A stretch of 64,000 bases of DNA, taken from positions 968,729 through 1,032,728 of the forward strand of contig CP064960.1 in assembly GCA_016699105.1 (NCBI GenBank). The letters are read 5' to 3'. Shown piece by piece: positions 10,145 to 21,316 of the stretch. The DNA comes from a bacterium (GTDB lineage Bacteria; Patescibacteriota; Saccharimonadia; UBA4664). Both the position numbers and the translations under genes were made by a program. The notes under the pieces are model-generated. The model was not told the origin of the DNA, did no database searches, and worked only from the letters and a program-made list of their open reading frames with translations. Each line of letters starts with the position of its first letter. Within the stretch, counting starts at the first letter, position 1.

Positions 10145-13100
10145 TCAAATCATCACTGGCATCCACTCGAAATGGTAAACGCAGTTTTTGCCCGCAGGTC
10201 CGCCAACCTGCAAATACATATCAACATCTCCAGGATGAGCGCCAATGATTTCTTTGAGGGCATGCAGCATGTCGTTTGAAGTCTGCTCAATGGCAAAGAT
10301 CACCTGGTGTGACTGTCTAACTGGCTTCGGTGCCAGGGCAGTAGCTTTGAGCGGAACGTGCTTTGAGGCTAAGTCATAATTGATAATCTTGGCGTTTTCG
10401 ACCATGATTTTGGGTTCGCCATTGAGGCTGCCGTCACGATCACGCGCAGAAATTTTACCGCTGACCATAATGATATTATCCGGTTCGTAGACTTCGGGTG
10501 ATGCGGCATAGGCTTTCGGGAAGACAACCAGCTCAGTTGATCCAGTTTTATCTTCGATGGCCACAAAAGCCATGGCATCGCCTTTTTGGTAAATATTTTG
10601 CGTACACCGGTGATGAGGCCACCGATACGAGCTAGTTTACCGTCAGCTTCGGGCGTGAGCCGGCCAATAGGTTGTGTAGTATCGGCGAGATAGGCGGCGT
10701 AATCATCGAGCGGATGGTGTGATAAGTACAAGCCCATGAGTTCTTTTTCCCAAGCCAATTGTTCACGCGTCGTTACGGGTGTGGGAGCTGGCTCGAGACG
10801 CAGGTCGGGAGCTGAGTGGCCATCACCGAGTGAACCAAAGATATCAATTTGACCAGACAGGGCATTTTTTTTGCGATTTGGCGGCATAGCTAGTTATGAG
10901 CTCGAGGTTATGTAGTAATGTCGCACGGTCAACGCCGCCAATTGAGTCGAAAGCACCGCATTTAGCCAATGACTCCCAGACTTTACGGTTCACTTCCCGC
11001 GCACTGACTCGGGTAGCGAAATCTTGAATATCTTTGAATGGTCCACCTTCAGCCCGGGCTCGCAAAATGGCTTCAATGGGCGCTGTACCAATGTTTTGAT
11101 GGCCGACAGACCAAACCGGATGTCGCCGGTGTCGGGCACCACTGCAAATTCCAAAAACGACTGATTGACGTCGGGTGGCAAGACGGTTATACCCATATGC
11201 TGGCACTCTGCCACTTCAATGGCGATGCGATCAATGTTGCCAAAATCGCTCGTGAGGAGTGCAGCCATATAAGCGCTGGGATAGTTAGCCTTCAGGTACG
11301 CAGTTTGATAAGCAATTAACCCGTAACAGGCCGAATGCGATTTGTTGAAACAATAATCAGCGAAGGCCTCGAGCTGGTGCCAAAAATTTTCGGCAAAAGC
11401 CTGTTTGACCCCGATTGGGACACCATACCCTCGATGAATAAGCCTTGCATCTTGGCCATGGTTTCACGCTGTTTTTACCGATGGCTTTGCGCAAGGTGTC
11501 GGCTTGGCCGCCCGTAAAGCCGCACATATCTTTACTGATCTGCATGAATTGCTCTTGGTAGACCAAGATACCATACGTGTTTCCTAGGGCAGCTTCCATA
11601 CCCGAGTGTTCATAGGTAACTTCTTTGCGGCCATGTTTGCGATCAATGAAGTCATCGATAAATTGCATTGGACCAGGCCGGTATAGTGCAACCATGGCTA
11701 TGATGTCATCAAACTGACTGGGTTTGAGTTCACGTAAATACCGCTTCATGCCAGCTGACTCCAGCTGGAAGACACCAGTCGTATCGCCAGCGGCCAGTAA
11801 ATTATAGGTTTTGGTGTCGTCGAGCGGCAGCGTGCCAATATCAATCGATTGTTTATAGACTTTTTTAATGATGCGCAGGGCATTGTTAATAATCGTGAGA
11901 TTTGATAGACCCAGGAAATCCATCTTGAGCAAACCGAGTTCTTCGACGGCCCCCATAGCGTATTGGGTACAGGGAATGCCTTTTTGAGCGCGTTGTAATG
12001 GCAGATAATTTACGATTGGCGCCGGGGCGATGACGACACCAGCAGCGTGCACCCCGTTATTGCGAATCGTGCCTTCAAGTTGGATTGCCAGGTTAATAAG
12101 GGTTTTGGCACGAGAGTTGGTTTGATATTCTTTGGATAAATCGGGGTCGGCTGGCACTTTTCCTTCTTTGATGCCAACCGATACCGCCAGTGGTGTATGG
12201 CGACCTTGAATGGGTTGTGGGATAAGTTTAGCTATCCGGTCGACCTCATCGTAGGAATAACCTAAGACACGACCAGTGTCACGTACCGCGTTGCGGGCGG
12301 CCATCGTACCAAAGGTAATGATCTGAGCGACTCGGTCTTGACCATATTTCTCGGTCACATAATCAATCACTTCACCCCGGCGGGTGTCTTGAATATCAAT
12401 GTCAATATCAGGCATGCTGATGCGGTCGGGATTGAGAAATCGTTCAAAGAGTAAGTCGTATTTGATGGGATCCAAATCGGTGATATTGAGCACAAAAGCC
12501 ACGATTGAACCGGCCGCACTCCCCCGTCCGGGACCGAAGATGATACCTTGATTTTTACCCCAGTTAATGAAGTCGGCCACGATGAGGAAATAGCCGTCAT
12601 ATCCCATATTGGCAATGACGCCGAGTTCGTATTCGAGCCGCTGAGCAATCGTCGTTTCAACTAATTTACGGGCACGATCTTGGGAGATTGTGCCGACATC
12701 TTCTTTGGGAATACCGCCGTAGCGATAAGCTAAACCCTGCCAACATAGTTTGTGCAAGTAATCTCGTTCACTCAAATCTTTGTCAGGCACTGGAAATGTC
12801 GGTATCAATATCTTGCCAAGATCTAGCTCAACTTGACAGCGCTCGGCAATATTGACCGTGTTTGCCAAAGCCTCAGGAATATGATTAAACCTATCGGCAA
12901 TTTCATCTGGGCTGGCAATGTATAAGTGCATACTCATCGACATACGGCTTTTGTCTTCGAGCATTTTTCCGGTTTGGACACAAAGTAAGGTTTCGTGGGC
13001 GTCACGGTTTTCAGGTCGCGAATAGTGAGAATCGGCCGTTATGACAGTGGGTATACCGGTCTGGCGTGACAGTTGGATGAGACCGTCGTTAATTGTTTTT

Positions 13101-13654
13101 TGAGTTGCCCGTTCATGCTCGTGCGCTTGGAGTTCTAAATAATAGTTGCCGCGCCCAAATGTGGTGTCGTACCAGGTAGCGATGCGTTCGGCTTCAGGCA
13201 AATTGCCATCAACTATGTGGGTAGCCACTTCGCCGCCAGCACAGGCTGACAAGGCAATAAGCCCCTCGTGATATTGCTCGAGGAGTTGATGGTCAATCCG
13301 CGGTTTGCCGTAAAATCCTTCCAGCTGACTGATACTGATGAGTTTGACTAAATTGTGATAGCCCGCAGTCGTTTCGGCGAGTAATACGAGGTGAAATGGG
13401 TTGAGATCTTGGCGGCCTGCTTTATCTAAATGACTTCGGGGAGCGACATAGGTTTCTACGCCAATAATTGGTTTGACGCCCATTTTGTGAGCGGTTTTAT
13501 AAAATTCGACGACGCCTGAAAGTGTTCCATGGTCAGTAAGGGCCACTGCACCCATACCCAATTCTTGGACACGTTCCAGCATGCCGGGTACTTTTTGCAA
13601 GCCGTCGAGCAACGAATAATGACTATGGTTATGTAAATGGACAAAACCACTCAT
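10145..13654 (-). CDS. dnaE: DNA polymerase III alpha subunit DnaE (at least five apparent frameshifts)
   Basis: PHP domain start MSGFVHLHNHSHYSLLDGL and polymerase core (11357-13654). The rest of the C-terminal half (fingers subdomain) is spread over pieces at 10990-11268, 10844-11206, 10369-10887 and 10145-10573. Junctions are at about 11474 (A run), 11429 (G run), 11095 (A run), 10868 (8-nt A run) and 10586 (A run). Confidence 0.9.
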
Positions 13655-13882
13655 GGGCGCACCTCAACTTCCCCCTTGTTACCACTCAAGCTTACCAAAT
13701 GACATCGTTTGGCGGCAGTCTGGTTTTTGCGGTTAACTGTGGTGTGGTGTGAATAGCCGAGTGACAGTTTAAAACAAATATGGTCGCAAATTGAGACACA
13801 TGTTGTTGTATTGCAAGGATGCTTTCATTTGTGGCTTTAATAAGCCTTGTACAATCCTTTTGCTTGCATAGTTCTAACACAG

Positions 13883-13897
13883 GTCGCATAGTGCGAC
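13883..13897. promoter_or_regulatory. Palindromic candidate operator upstream of the PadR-like gene
   Basis: gtcgca-tag-tgcgac perfect 6+6 palindrome, about 25 nt upstream of the 13920 start. PadR-type regulators bind inverted repeats. Confidence 0.3.
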
Positions 13898-13919
13898 GCA
13901 TATTAAATCAGAGATAGTC

Positions 13920-14237
13920 GTGTCGAAAATGCCACGCCCCATGGAAATGAAGCGTTTTTATACTCTGCTTGCATTGGCAATCGGTCCGCAGCACGCCTAT
14001 GGTATACGACAACAAATAATCGCGGACAGTCAACAAAACTTCGTGCCGGATCTCACAACGCAAAAACGCATCATTGATCATTTCATCAAGTTGGGATTTG
14101 CCGAAATTGAAGGCGTGATTGAAGCTGGTAGTTCTGATGTAATGTTGTATTCAATAACCGAAAAAGGTCGCCAACGGTTGCGCCAGCAATCCATGCTATT
14201 CCGCGATATCCTCAAAATTGCGATATCTCGAATCTAG
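13920..14237 (+). CDS. PadR-like winged-helix transcriptional regulator
   Basis: 105-aa ORF with a PadR-like core (LALAIGPQHAYGIRQQI...). Confidence 0.45.
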   Translation: MSKMPRPMEMKRFYTLLALAIGPQHAYGIRQQIIADSQQNFVPDLTTQKRIIDHFIKLGFAEIEGVIEAGSSDVMLYSITEKGRQRLRQQSMLFRDILKIAISRI

Positions 14238-14246
14238 CGGACTTTT

Positions 14247-14540
14247 CTAATGTGTACCTTGAATAATCCGTCCGAGACCTTCGATAAACCGGCCGATAAC
14301 GGGTGCATCTACAAACAATTGTAAGATGGCGACAAACATGGCAGCGCCAACCGTTGCTCCTAGTACGCCACCAAAACCAGCAAAAACACCGCGGACAAAG
14401 GCGCTCCAGACTTGGCGTCGTGTGCTGTGCAGAACGTAAATGTAGTCTAAGATGAGGGCGTCTTCGACCGCCTTACCGAGTTTTTCGTAGTTAACTTTGG
14501 CGTCTTTGTGGACGGCCGGCCGGTGGTTATCAAAAACCAT
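14247..14540 (-). CDS. Hypothetical small membrane protein
   Basis: 97-aa ORF with a Gly-rich TM segment (GVFAGFGGVLGATVGAAMFVAILQLF). Confidence 0.4.
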   Translation of the reverse strand: MVFDNHRPAVHKDAKVNYEKLGKAVEDALILDYIYVLHSTRRQVWSAFVRGVFAGFGGVLGATVGAAMFVAILQLFVDAPVIGRFIEGLGRIIQGTH

Positions 14541-14545
14541 GTCAG

Positions 14546-15004
14546 TTATTTCTCAGAGCTAAAGCTATCGCGCGCGCGGTCCTTCGCTGAAGCCGCCAGT
14601 TTCTTGGTAAGTCGTTCTAATTCACTCATAACATCGGCACCTTCGCCGAGGAGCGTTTTGACTTGTTTGACGGCGCCATCCTTGGTGTCATTACCCGATT
14701 TGGCGAGACTGCTTGCAGAAGCACGTAAGTCTTGTTTGAGTACTTCGGCTCGCCGGATGAGCTCCTGGCTTTCTTCTTTGGCTTCACCCTTGAGGTCTTT
14801 GGCTACTTCTTTGAGTGAGTTCACTTTGCCGCTTACTTCATCGCTCATGACTTCAAGCTTGGCTACGAATTCTTGATAGGTACCCTTAACTTTCTTCTTG
14901 ATGTCTTTGCGCGTATCTTTGCCGCTTTGAGGGGCAAAAAGTAATCCAGCTAAGGCGCCTAGCATTACTCCGATAAATGTACCTTTCCAAAACTTGTTTG
15001 ACAT
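14546..15004 (-). CDS. YtxH-like general stress protein
   Basis: 152-aa ORF. N-terminal TM (GVMLGALAGLLFAPQSGKDTRKD) followed by a Lys/Glu-rich coiled coil typical of the YtxH family. Confidence 0.6.
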   Translation of the reverse strand: MSNKFWKGTFIGVMLGALAGLLFAPQSGKDTRKDIKKKVKGTYQEFVAKLEVMSDEVSGKVNSLKEVAKDLKGEAKEESQELIRRAEVLKQDLRASASSLAKSGNDTKDGAVKQVKTLLGEGADVMSELERLTKKLAASAKDRARDSFSSEK

Positions 15005-15026
15005 ATATATTCTCCTCCGATAACGA

Positions 15027-15275
15027 TTATTTACGTGACTTCATTTTTTTAGCAACTAGTCCAAGTAGCGTTGAGATAGCCACTGGTGCCAATTTGGTGC
15101 CGACCATAGCGGCCGCGCTCGAGATATTTTCAGTGGCAGTTTCGGCTTTGACAGACAGTCGGTTGATTCGACGAACGATCACCACAACTAAGCTGGCGAT
15201 TACAATGCTCAATACGAGCAAAATGAAAAATCCAACGCCGAGCATGATGACAAGAATTGTTTCGATCGTGGTCAC
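15027..15275 (-). CDS. DUF948-like small membrane protein
   Basis: 82-aa ORF with an N-terminal TM then a short helical tail. It is paired with the YtxH-like gene, as is common for DUF948. Confidence 0.45.
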   Translation of the reverse strand: MTTIETILVIMLGVGFFILLVLSIVIASLVVVIVRRINRLSVKAETATENISSAAAMVGTKLAPVAISTLLGLVAKKMKSRK

Positions 15276-15321
15276 AATAATTAAACCTGCTTCCTAAGGT
15301 TACGCATATACCGTAGCGCTT

Positions 15322-15942
15322 TCAGACTTTTGATGCAACTGGTTTGGAAATCTTAGCAGATAATTTAGCGGCTTTTGATCGTGCATCGGCTGATACCTGT
15401 GACCGGCGGCGTAATACTGTCCAGGCCTTGCGTTCTACAACTGAATTGGGAAGCACATGCAAGATGCCTTTTGAGTCGCGAATGCGTACTCGGCGGGCGT
15501 CGAGTCGCTCTATGATTCCTTGGATGGCCGGTTCTTCGCCGGCTTTAATTTCATCACCGACGTTAAAGTCACCATCACGAGCCAAGAATATCCCAGCGAC
15601 GATGTCAGATATAAGTGTTGAACCGCCCGCTGCCATCGCCAAGCCAATGGCCGCAATTGAACCCGAGAAAAAGTAAATTATACCGCTAAACCCAAGTGTT
15701 TGCAGGAGATTGATAATGAGGAGCAACCATAGAAATGTTTCGACAATGGAGCCTATGACACCACGCAAGGCTGCTGGTACCCGAATCAATTTGAAAAATT
15801 TACGCACTATCCAAACTGTAATACGGATCGCTATCCAGCCGATAATGGCGTTGAATGCCGTTTGTGGCAAATTGTTGGCCACCGTTTTGACCCCATCAAA
15901 AGTGTGGGCAAATGGTGAATTGGCAAAACTAAAATCTATCAT
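15322..15942 (-). CDS. MscS-family mechanosensitive channel (short form)
   Basis: Gly/Ala-rich pore helix GSIAAIGLAMAAGGSTLISDIVAGIFL, followed by a beta-domain motif GDFNVGDEI...RVRIRDSKGILHVLPNS. Confidence 0.7.
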   Translation of the reverse strand: MIDFSFANSPFAHTFDGVKTVANNLPQTAFNAIIGWIAIRITVWIVRKFFKLIRVPAALRGVIGSIVETFLWLLLIINLLQTLGFSGIIYFFSGSIAAIGLAMAAGGSTLISDIVAGIFLARDGDFNVGDEIKAGEEPAIQGIIERLDARRVRIRDSKGILHVLPNSVVERKAWTVLRRRSQVSADARSKAAKLSAKISKPVASKV

Positions 15943-15950
15943 GCTTACGG

Positions 15951-16610
15951 TTATTGTATCACGACCGAGCTATCCTCGAGTATGCGGCTCAGCTGGGCAA
16001 CTGAACTGCGGTGATCAGTCGAATCATAATGAAACACCTGCCAACCTAATGTTTGCGGTGCGATGAGATTGTCTGCCATATTGTCGACAAAGAGAATTTC
16101 CGATGGTGAGTATGAAACAGTGGCGGCAGCATATTCAAATATATCAATATTGGGTTTCTGCAGTCCTAATTCGCTGGAGTCTAGAATATTGAACCACTTG
16201 GCGATGGCTGGCGGTAATAACGTTTGCTCTTGAATCAAATTCCGCATGCGCGGATACATGTTACTGATGATGCCGCACCTGTGTGGTTGAAGACCATCAA
16301 CTAGGGGCCAAATGCTATGATTGGGCCGAAAGCGTTTAACAAGTCCGTGGTCGAGCAATGAATACGTGGGGTGGGGTGGATTAAAACCAGTGGCCGTAAG
16401 TATCGGTAACAAATCATCAACATCAGCGTTTAAGCAGGCCCAGGGTTCCCAAACCGACCATATATTTTCGAACTTATGCCGGGTGGAAGGTGTTGCTCCC
16501 AATTCTTCCAGTAATTCATCGTGTCCACCATTGCCTGAAAAATCATTAATCAACACTCCACCAATATCGAAGAAGACATATTTAATTTGGAGTGGCCTAG
16601 ACGGCGTCAC
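15951..16610 (-). CDS. HAD-superfamily hydrolase
   Basis: 219-aa ORF with HAD motif I FFDIGGVL and a C-terminal FVDNMADN motif. Confidence 0.6.
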   Translation of the reverse strand: MTPSRPLQIKYVFFDIGGVLINDFSGNGGHDELLEELGATPSTRHKFENIWSVWEPWACLNADVDDLLPILTATGFNPPHPTYSLLDHGLVKRFRPNHSIWPLVDGLQPHRCGIISNMYPRMRNLIQEQTLLPPAIAKWFNILDSSELGLQKPNIDIFEYAAATVSYSPSEILFVDNMADNLIAPQTLGWQVFHYDSTDHRSSVAQLSRILEDSSVVIQ

Positions 16611-18084
16611 GGTCCAATTGGGTTTTGAGCAATTTACTAATTAAAGCAGGATTGCCTTTGCCTTGCGTGGCTTTCATGGCGGCACCGACGAGTGCACCAA
16701 ATGCGCGCTGGTTGCCTGCACGGTAGTCTGCGGAAGCCTGACTATTGGCAGCAATGACTTGGGCTACTACCGACGCTAATTCGCCTTCATCTGATTCTTG
16801 TAATAATCCTCGTTTTTTAGCAGCAGCAGCCGGTGTTTCGCGCTGATCAGGTTGGTAGAAATATTCGAGTAATGCTTTGGCGTTAGTGGAGCTCAGCTGT
16901 CCGTCTGACACCATCTGGCCGACTTGCGTCAGGACGGTTGGAGTTACTGATGTATTTAAAAGATCAAGGCCGATACTTTGGGTTAACCTAACTCTATCCC
17001 CCACCAGCCAGGCGAGGGCAAAACGCGCTTGAGCTGGATCTTGAGTCACCACTTCGTGCCACAGTAAGGCGGCGTCCGGATCGGACACCAGAACTTCGGC
17101 TTCATTGAAAGGTAATTTGGCAGCGGCCATTTCGGTGCGCAAATCCGTGGGAAGCAATCCGAGTTCGGCTTTGGCTTGTGCCACCATCTCCGAGGTAATT
17201 ACTAATGGCGGTAAATCAGGCTCGGGAAAGTAGCGGTACTCGTCGGCGTCTTCTTTGCTGCGCATGGAATAGGTCTGACCCTTGGCCTCGTTCCAGCCGC
17301 GGGTTTCTTGCTTGATTTTGTCGCCGTGCTCCACGAGGACGATCTGACGGCGGATCTCATACTCGGCGGACTTTTCGACAGCTTTGAAGCTATTGAGGTT
17401 TTTGGTTTCGGTGCGGGTACCAAACTCGGCTTGCCCGATGGGACGCACACTGACATTGACGTCAAACCGCATATTGCCATAGTACAAATTGGCATCACTG
17501 GCGCCACTATAGCGGGCAAGATTGTGTAATTCCTGAGCGTAGGCCTTAGCTTCGGCGGGACTGCGCATATCAGGCTCGGATACGATCTCAAGTAGCGGAG
17601 TTTCGGCACGATTAAGGTCGACAAGCGAGTAATCCTTGCCGTCGGGATGGGTTAGCTTGCCAGCATCACCTTCGAGATGCGCTCGCGTAATGCCGACTCG
17701 CTTGATACCACCTTCAAACGGAAACTCGACTGCTCCGCCAGGTACAATTGGCTCATCAAATTGGGTAATCTGATAGCCTTTGGGTAAATCGGGATAAAAG
17801 TAATTTTTGCGATCAAATTTGGTGTGGAGTCCACCGGTTTTGGCATACTTGTTATAATCGACGCCCAAGGCTAAGCCAAGTTGTAGCGCTAGTTCAACGG
17901 CACGTTTATTGAGCACCGGGAGCGTACCGGGGTGACCCAGACACACTGGACACACATTCGTATTAGGCTCGGCTGTGCGCGAATCGTTGTCGCACGAGCA
18001 AAACAATTTGCTCTTGGTAGCCAGCTGCACATGGCACTCGATGCCAATAACGGCTTCATATTTGGCTCGTAAGTCGGGGTTCAT
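16597..18084 (-). CDS. gatB: Asp/Glu-tRNA(Asn/Gln) amidotransferase subunit B
   Basis: 495-aa ORF. Starts YEAVIGIECHVQLATKSKLFCSC; GatB/YqeY C-terminal domain present. Confidence 0.95.
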   Translation of the reverse strand: MNPDLRAKYEAVIGIECHVQLATKSKLFCSCDNDSRTAEPNTNVCPVCLGHPGTLPVLNKRAVELALQLGLALGVDYNKYAKTGGLHTKFDRKNYFYPDLPKGYQITQFDEPIVPGGAVEFPFEGGIKRVGITRAHLEGDAGKLTHPDGKDYSLVDLNRAETPLLEIVSEPDMRSPAEAKAYAQELHNLARYSGASDANLYYGNMRFDVNVSVRPIGQAEFGTRTETKNLNSFKAVEKSAEYEIRRQIVLVEHGDKIKQETRGWNEAKGQTYSMRSKEDADEYRYFPEPDLPPLVITSEMVAQAKAELGLLPTDLRTEMAAAKLPFNEAEVLVSDPDAALLWHEVVTQDPAQARFALAWLVGDRVRLTQSIGLDLLNTSVTPTVLTQVGQMVSDGQLSSTNAKALLEYFYQPDQRETPAAAAKKRGLLQESDEGELASVVAQVIAANSQASADYRAGNQRAFGALVGAAMKATQGKGNPALISKLLKTQLDRDAV

Positions 18085-18303
18085 ATTGCGACAATTATAT
18101 CTGATGATCGGATTTTATTAAAGTATAATGGACTCGATTTTGCATAAATTCTTGTGACGAGTTCTTGCTTATATAACTCATTGTTACTGTAAATATCATT
18201 TCATGTTTTGGTTTAAACTATATGATTTACAGATTTCAATATTAGTGTTATAAACTTTTATGCACATTCCAGAAGTTCTCACTACTGAGGAGGAATTTCG
18301 CAA

Positions 18304-18516
18304 ATGGGCAGATCAAGTTCGAAGGGCCCGACAGACGGTCAAGGCAGAGCCGCAAAACTGGCTCGAAAAGGCCTCACCAATGACCAGATTGGCGAGGAGA
18401 TGGGCATGGAGGGTCGCCGTCGAGGTCGAACCGTAGAACGCCTTCTCGAAGCTGCGCGAAGGAGCGGAGTATCGACGGATCCCACAGATGGATCCGATCG
18501 CCGCCGGAGAAGGTAA
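18304..18516 (+). CDS. Small basic ORF with HTH-like segment, locally GC-rich
   Basis: 70-aa ORF. RBS gaggagg lies 7 nt upstream. The segment LARKGLTNDQIGEEMGM resembles a sigma-70 region 4 or LuxR-type HTH. A strong terminator follows the gene. Confidence 0.4.
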   Translation: MGRSSSKGPTDGQGRAAKLARKGLTNDQIGEEMGMEGRRRGRTVERLLEAARRSGVSTDPTDGSDRRRRR

Positions 18517-18536
18517 TTTCTTGGCTGCATAACAAT

Positions 18537-18580
18537 GGGGCCGGAGGCAACTACGCTTCCGGCCCCATCAAATTTTATTC
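18537..18580 (+). terminator. Rho-independent terminator
   Basis: GC-rich stem ggggccgga(g)g...c(t)tccggcccc (9 bp with one mismatch), followed by atcaaattttatt. Confidence 0.6.
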
Positions 18581-18741
18581 CTACTACAATATGTTTCATT
18601 CCGTATAACAGACCAACAGAATGGTCGACTAATTCTCGTAATATTTTGGTTTGGGCAGGGTGGATTTGGGCTTCGTGACTCATACGATGATCGTGAGGGC
18701 ACCATGAAGTAAGCGTCTCGGGAAATGGACTTCCGTACTTG

Positions 18742-19100
18742 TTATTTCAACAATTGCATCAGAATCGGTTGGAGATCTGCAATCACATCGATTGTGTCTA
18801 ATTGCTCTTTAGTAAACCACCGGATGTCGTGCGCCGCGCCAGCTTCGAGCGTGACTTTCATCTCGGGTAGATAGACAACGTAATTTTGATCGAGATGATA
18901 ATGCTCTGGCTGGTCGTCATAGGCAGGGATAACTTGTTGGTGGATATACGTCGGCAGGGGTACTTCGGTGACGATGTCGTCGAGACGCTGGGGTTTCGGC
19001 AAATATTCGGATAGCGAAATGCCGGTTTCCTCAAATACTTCGCGTAGCGCTGCCTCATAGCTGTTTCGTGTTTGTCGCCTAGTTGAACTTTATTATTCAT
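18742..19100 (-). CDS. NUDIX hydrolase (one apparent frameshift)
   Basis: The Nudix box GDKHETAM(E)AALREVFEETGI is split between two frames at about 19052 (a C is missing from a CC pair). Confidence 0.65.
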
Positions 19101-19103
19101 AGA

Positions 19104-19562
19104 TCACATGCCTCCCAAATCTTGAATGGCTTTTTTGAAATCTGCGAGGGCGTCTTTGGCTTGACTCGGTACGAGATCGAAGCCCATTTCATGCACGAGG
19201 GCGTTGCGCAGTTTGTGAGCTCGCCAGGTGGCGTCGTAAACTTCATAATCGGTGAAGCGCGATTTGGCATGTTTGAGTCGCTCGCCCATGGTGTCTCCGC
19301 CAAATCCTTGGGTGCGCAAGACGTTATCCAGCAATTTATCGGCGTCGGTGATGGCTTGACGCAACCCATTGCCTCCACCGGCACTCATAGCTTCAATGAT
19401 GGCCCATTTTTCGGCTGTTTCGGTGCGCGATAGATGGATACCGCCGTTCGAGCGACGAGTTGGTTTGGATTTAGATTTATTCTTTGGGGCGCTGATAAAT
19501 GCCAGCATCATGATACCGCCCACGAGTGCCAAGATTAAGAATATAAGTACGCTATTTGTCAT
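19104..19562 (-). CDS. Hypothetical membrane-anchored protein
   Basis: 152-aa ORF with N-terminal [21 protein letters not shown]. Its ATG overlaps the gatA stop in an ATGA motif. Confidence 0.5.
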   Translation of the reverse strand: MTNSVLIFLILALVGGIMMLAFISAPKNKSKSKPTRRSNGGIHLSRTETAEKWAIIEAMSAGGGNGLRQAITDADKLLDNVLRTQGFGGDTMGERLKHAKSRFTDYEVYDATWRAHKLRNALVHEMGFDLVPSQAKDALADFKKAIQDLGGM

Positions 19563-20996
19563 CGTTGGAGTTGTTCAAAGCTTTGGGCAATCTCTAGGGT
19601 ACGGACTTCACCGCCCTGGGGACCAATTATCTGCAGGCCAACCGGCAGTCCATCGACGTCGCCCGCTGGTACACTTATGCCACAAGAACCAGATAGATTG
19701 ACAGCCACGGTACAGATGTCGGCTAGGTACATCTGGATTGGATCGTCATTTTTTCACCGATTTTGAAGGCAGGCATGGGGCGACAGGCCCAAGCAAGGCG
19801 TCGTATTCTTGAAAAGCTTTTTTGAATTCGTTGATGATGAGGGTGCGAACTTTTTGCGCTCGTTTGTAATAGGCGTCGTAATATCCACTCGAAAGCACAT
19901 AGGTACCAATCATGATGCGGCGTTTGGCTTCGGCACCAAAGCCGTGCTGACGGCTCAATAGATAGGTTTCTTCGAGATTGGTGGCATCGGGCGAACTATA
20001 ACCATATCGGATGCCGTCGTGCCGCGCTAGATTGCTGGAGACTTCGGCAGGTACCAAGATGTAGTAGGCACCTAACGCTTTTTGGAGGAGCGGAATACTG
20101 ATTTCACTGATGCGGGCACCGGCACTTTTGAGCTCGTCAATGGAGTGTTCAATGACTGATTTCACACCAGAATCGATACCATCGGCCATATACTCTTTGA
20201 TAACTGCCATTTTGGTGCCTTTGAGCGGTTGTGGCTGGCTGGGCAACAGATAGGAAGGGGTCCGATCGACGGTGGTAGCATCAAGCGGATCTTTGCCGGC
20301 AATGATGTCGAGGATAAGGCCCATATCTGTTACGTGATTGACTAAAGCGCCGATGGTATCGAAAGAGCTACCCATGGCCACCACACCACTGCGACTGACC
20401 AACCCATATGAGGGCATCATACCGACAACACCACAGAAACTTGCCGGTAACCGGACGGAACTGCCAGTGTCTGAGCCGGTAGCGAAGCACGCTTGACCGA
20501 GAGCCACCGCAGCCGCCGAACCTCCCGAGCTACCACCAGGTACCCGAGTGGGATCAACCGGGTTTTTGGTCGGACCGAAATCGGAATTTTCGGTGCTCGA
20601 ACCATGGGCAAAGGCATCTAAATTGGCTTTGGCAACCAACACGGCTCCGGCCGCCTTGAGCCGCTGGATAACTGCACCCTCATAGATGGCTTCATAGGGT
20701 CTGAGGATGTTGCTAGCGGCCGTGGTGTGGGTGTCGAAGGTGAGAAAGTTATCTTTGGCAATAAAGGGTATGCCTGCCAGTGGCAGTTTTTCGCCGGCAG
20801 CAATTCGCTGGTCGACTGCCTGGGCGAGCTCGAGAGCGCGAGGATTGACTTCAAGCACGGCGTTGTAATCGGAGGTGGCAGCGATCCGGTCAAGGCTAGC
20901 TTGGGCTAATTGCACAGCTGTGACCCGCCCCGCCATGACGTCGGCGACAATATCGGCGATTGGTTGGCGCAAATCTATAACTGAAGTTTTTTTCAT
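19559..20996 (-). CDS. gatA: Glutamyl-tRNA(Gln) amidotransferase subunit A (two apparent frameshifts near the 3' end)
   Basis: Amidase signature with [12 protein letters not shown]. The ORF-track copy stops at 19746, but the conserved C-terminus ([28 protein letters not shown]...LPVGLQIIG) continues in other frames down to a TGA at 19559. Shifts are at about 19778 and 19744. Confidence 0.9.
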
Positions 20997-21289
20997 TGCA
21001 TCACCCGTTTGACTTTGATGTATCCGTCCTGAGTAGCGGGTGCGTTTTTCAGAAGTGCGTCACGATCTCCAAATGCTTTGACCGTGTCTTCGCGCCAGAC
21101 ATCGACCAAGCCGGTAACTTGGTCAGTGGGTGGTATACCGTCAACGTCGATACTGGACAATTGCTCCACGAATTCGACGATAGCGCCGAGTTCTACGGAC
21201 ATTTGAGCAACTTCGTCGTCGGTTAAATTGATGCGGGCAAGTTTGGCAATCCGCCGGACTTGCGTGGTTCCGATTTTTGACATGACCAT
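20993..21289 (-). CDS. gatC: Asp/Glu-tRNA amidotransferase subunit C
   Basis: 98-aa ORF with a GatC pattern (LARINLTDDEVAQMSVELGAIVEFVEQL). ATGA overlap with gatA. Confidence 0.85.
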   Translation of the reverse strand: MVMSKIGTTQVRRIAKLARINLTDDEVAQMSVELGAIVEFVEQLSSIDVDGIPPTDQVTGLVDVWREDTVKAFGDRDALLKNAPATQDGYIKVKRVMQ

Positions 21290-21316
21290 ATTATATGATA
21301 CGTCGATCGGGTATGG

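Noticed and set aside
4107-13654. Programmed frameshifting or genuine pseudogenisation of nusA, dnaE, rplS and pepN
   Set aside because: Every shift sits in a homopolymer run, and the same pattern affects dozens of unrelated genes. Essential single-copy genes cannot all be inactive. Sequencing or consensus error is far more likely.
19746-20996. A truncated gatA of 416 aa, as given by the ORF track
   Set aside because: The conserved GatA C-terminus continues in other frames down to 19559, so the truncation is an indel artefact.
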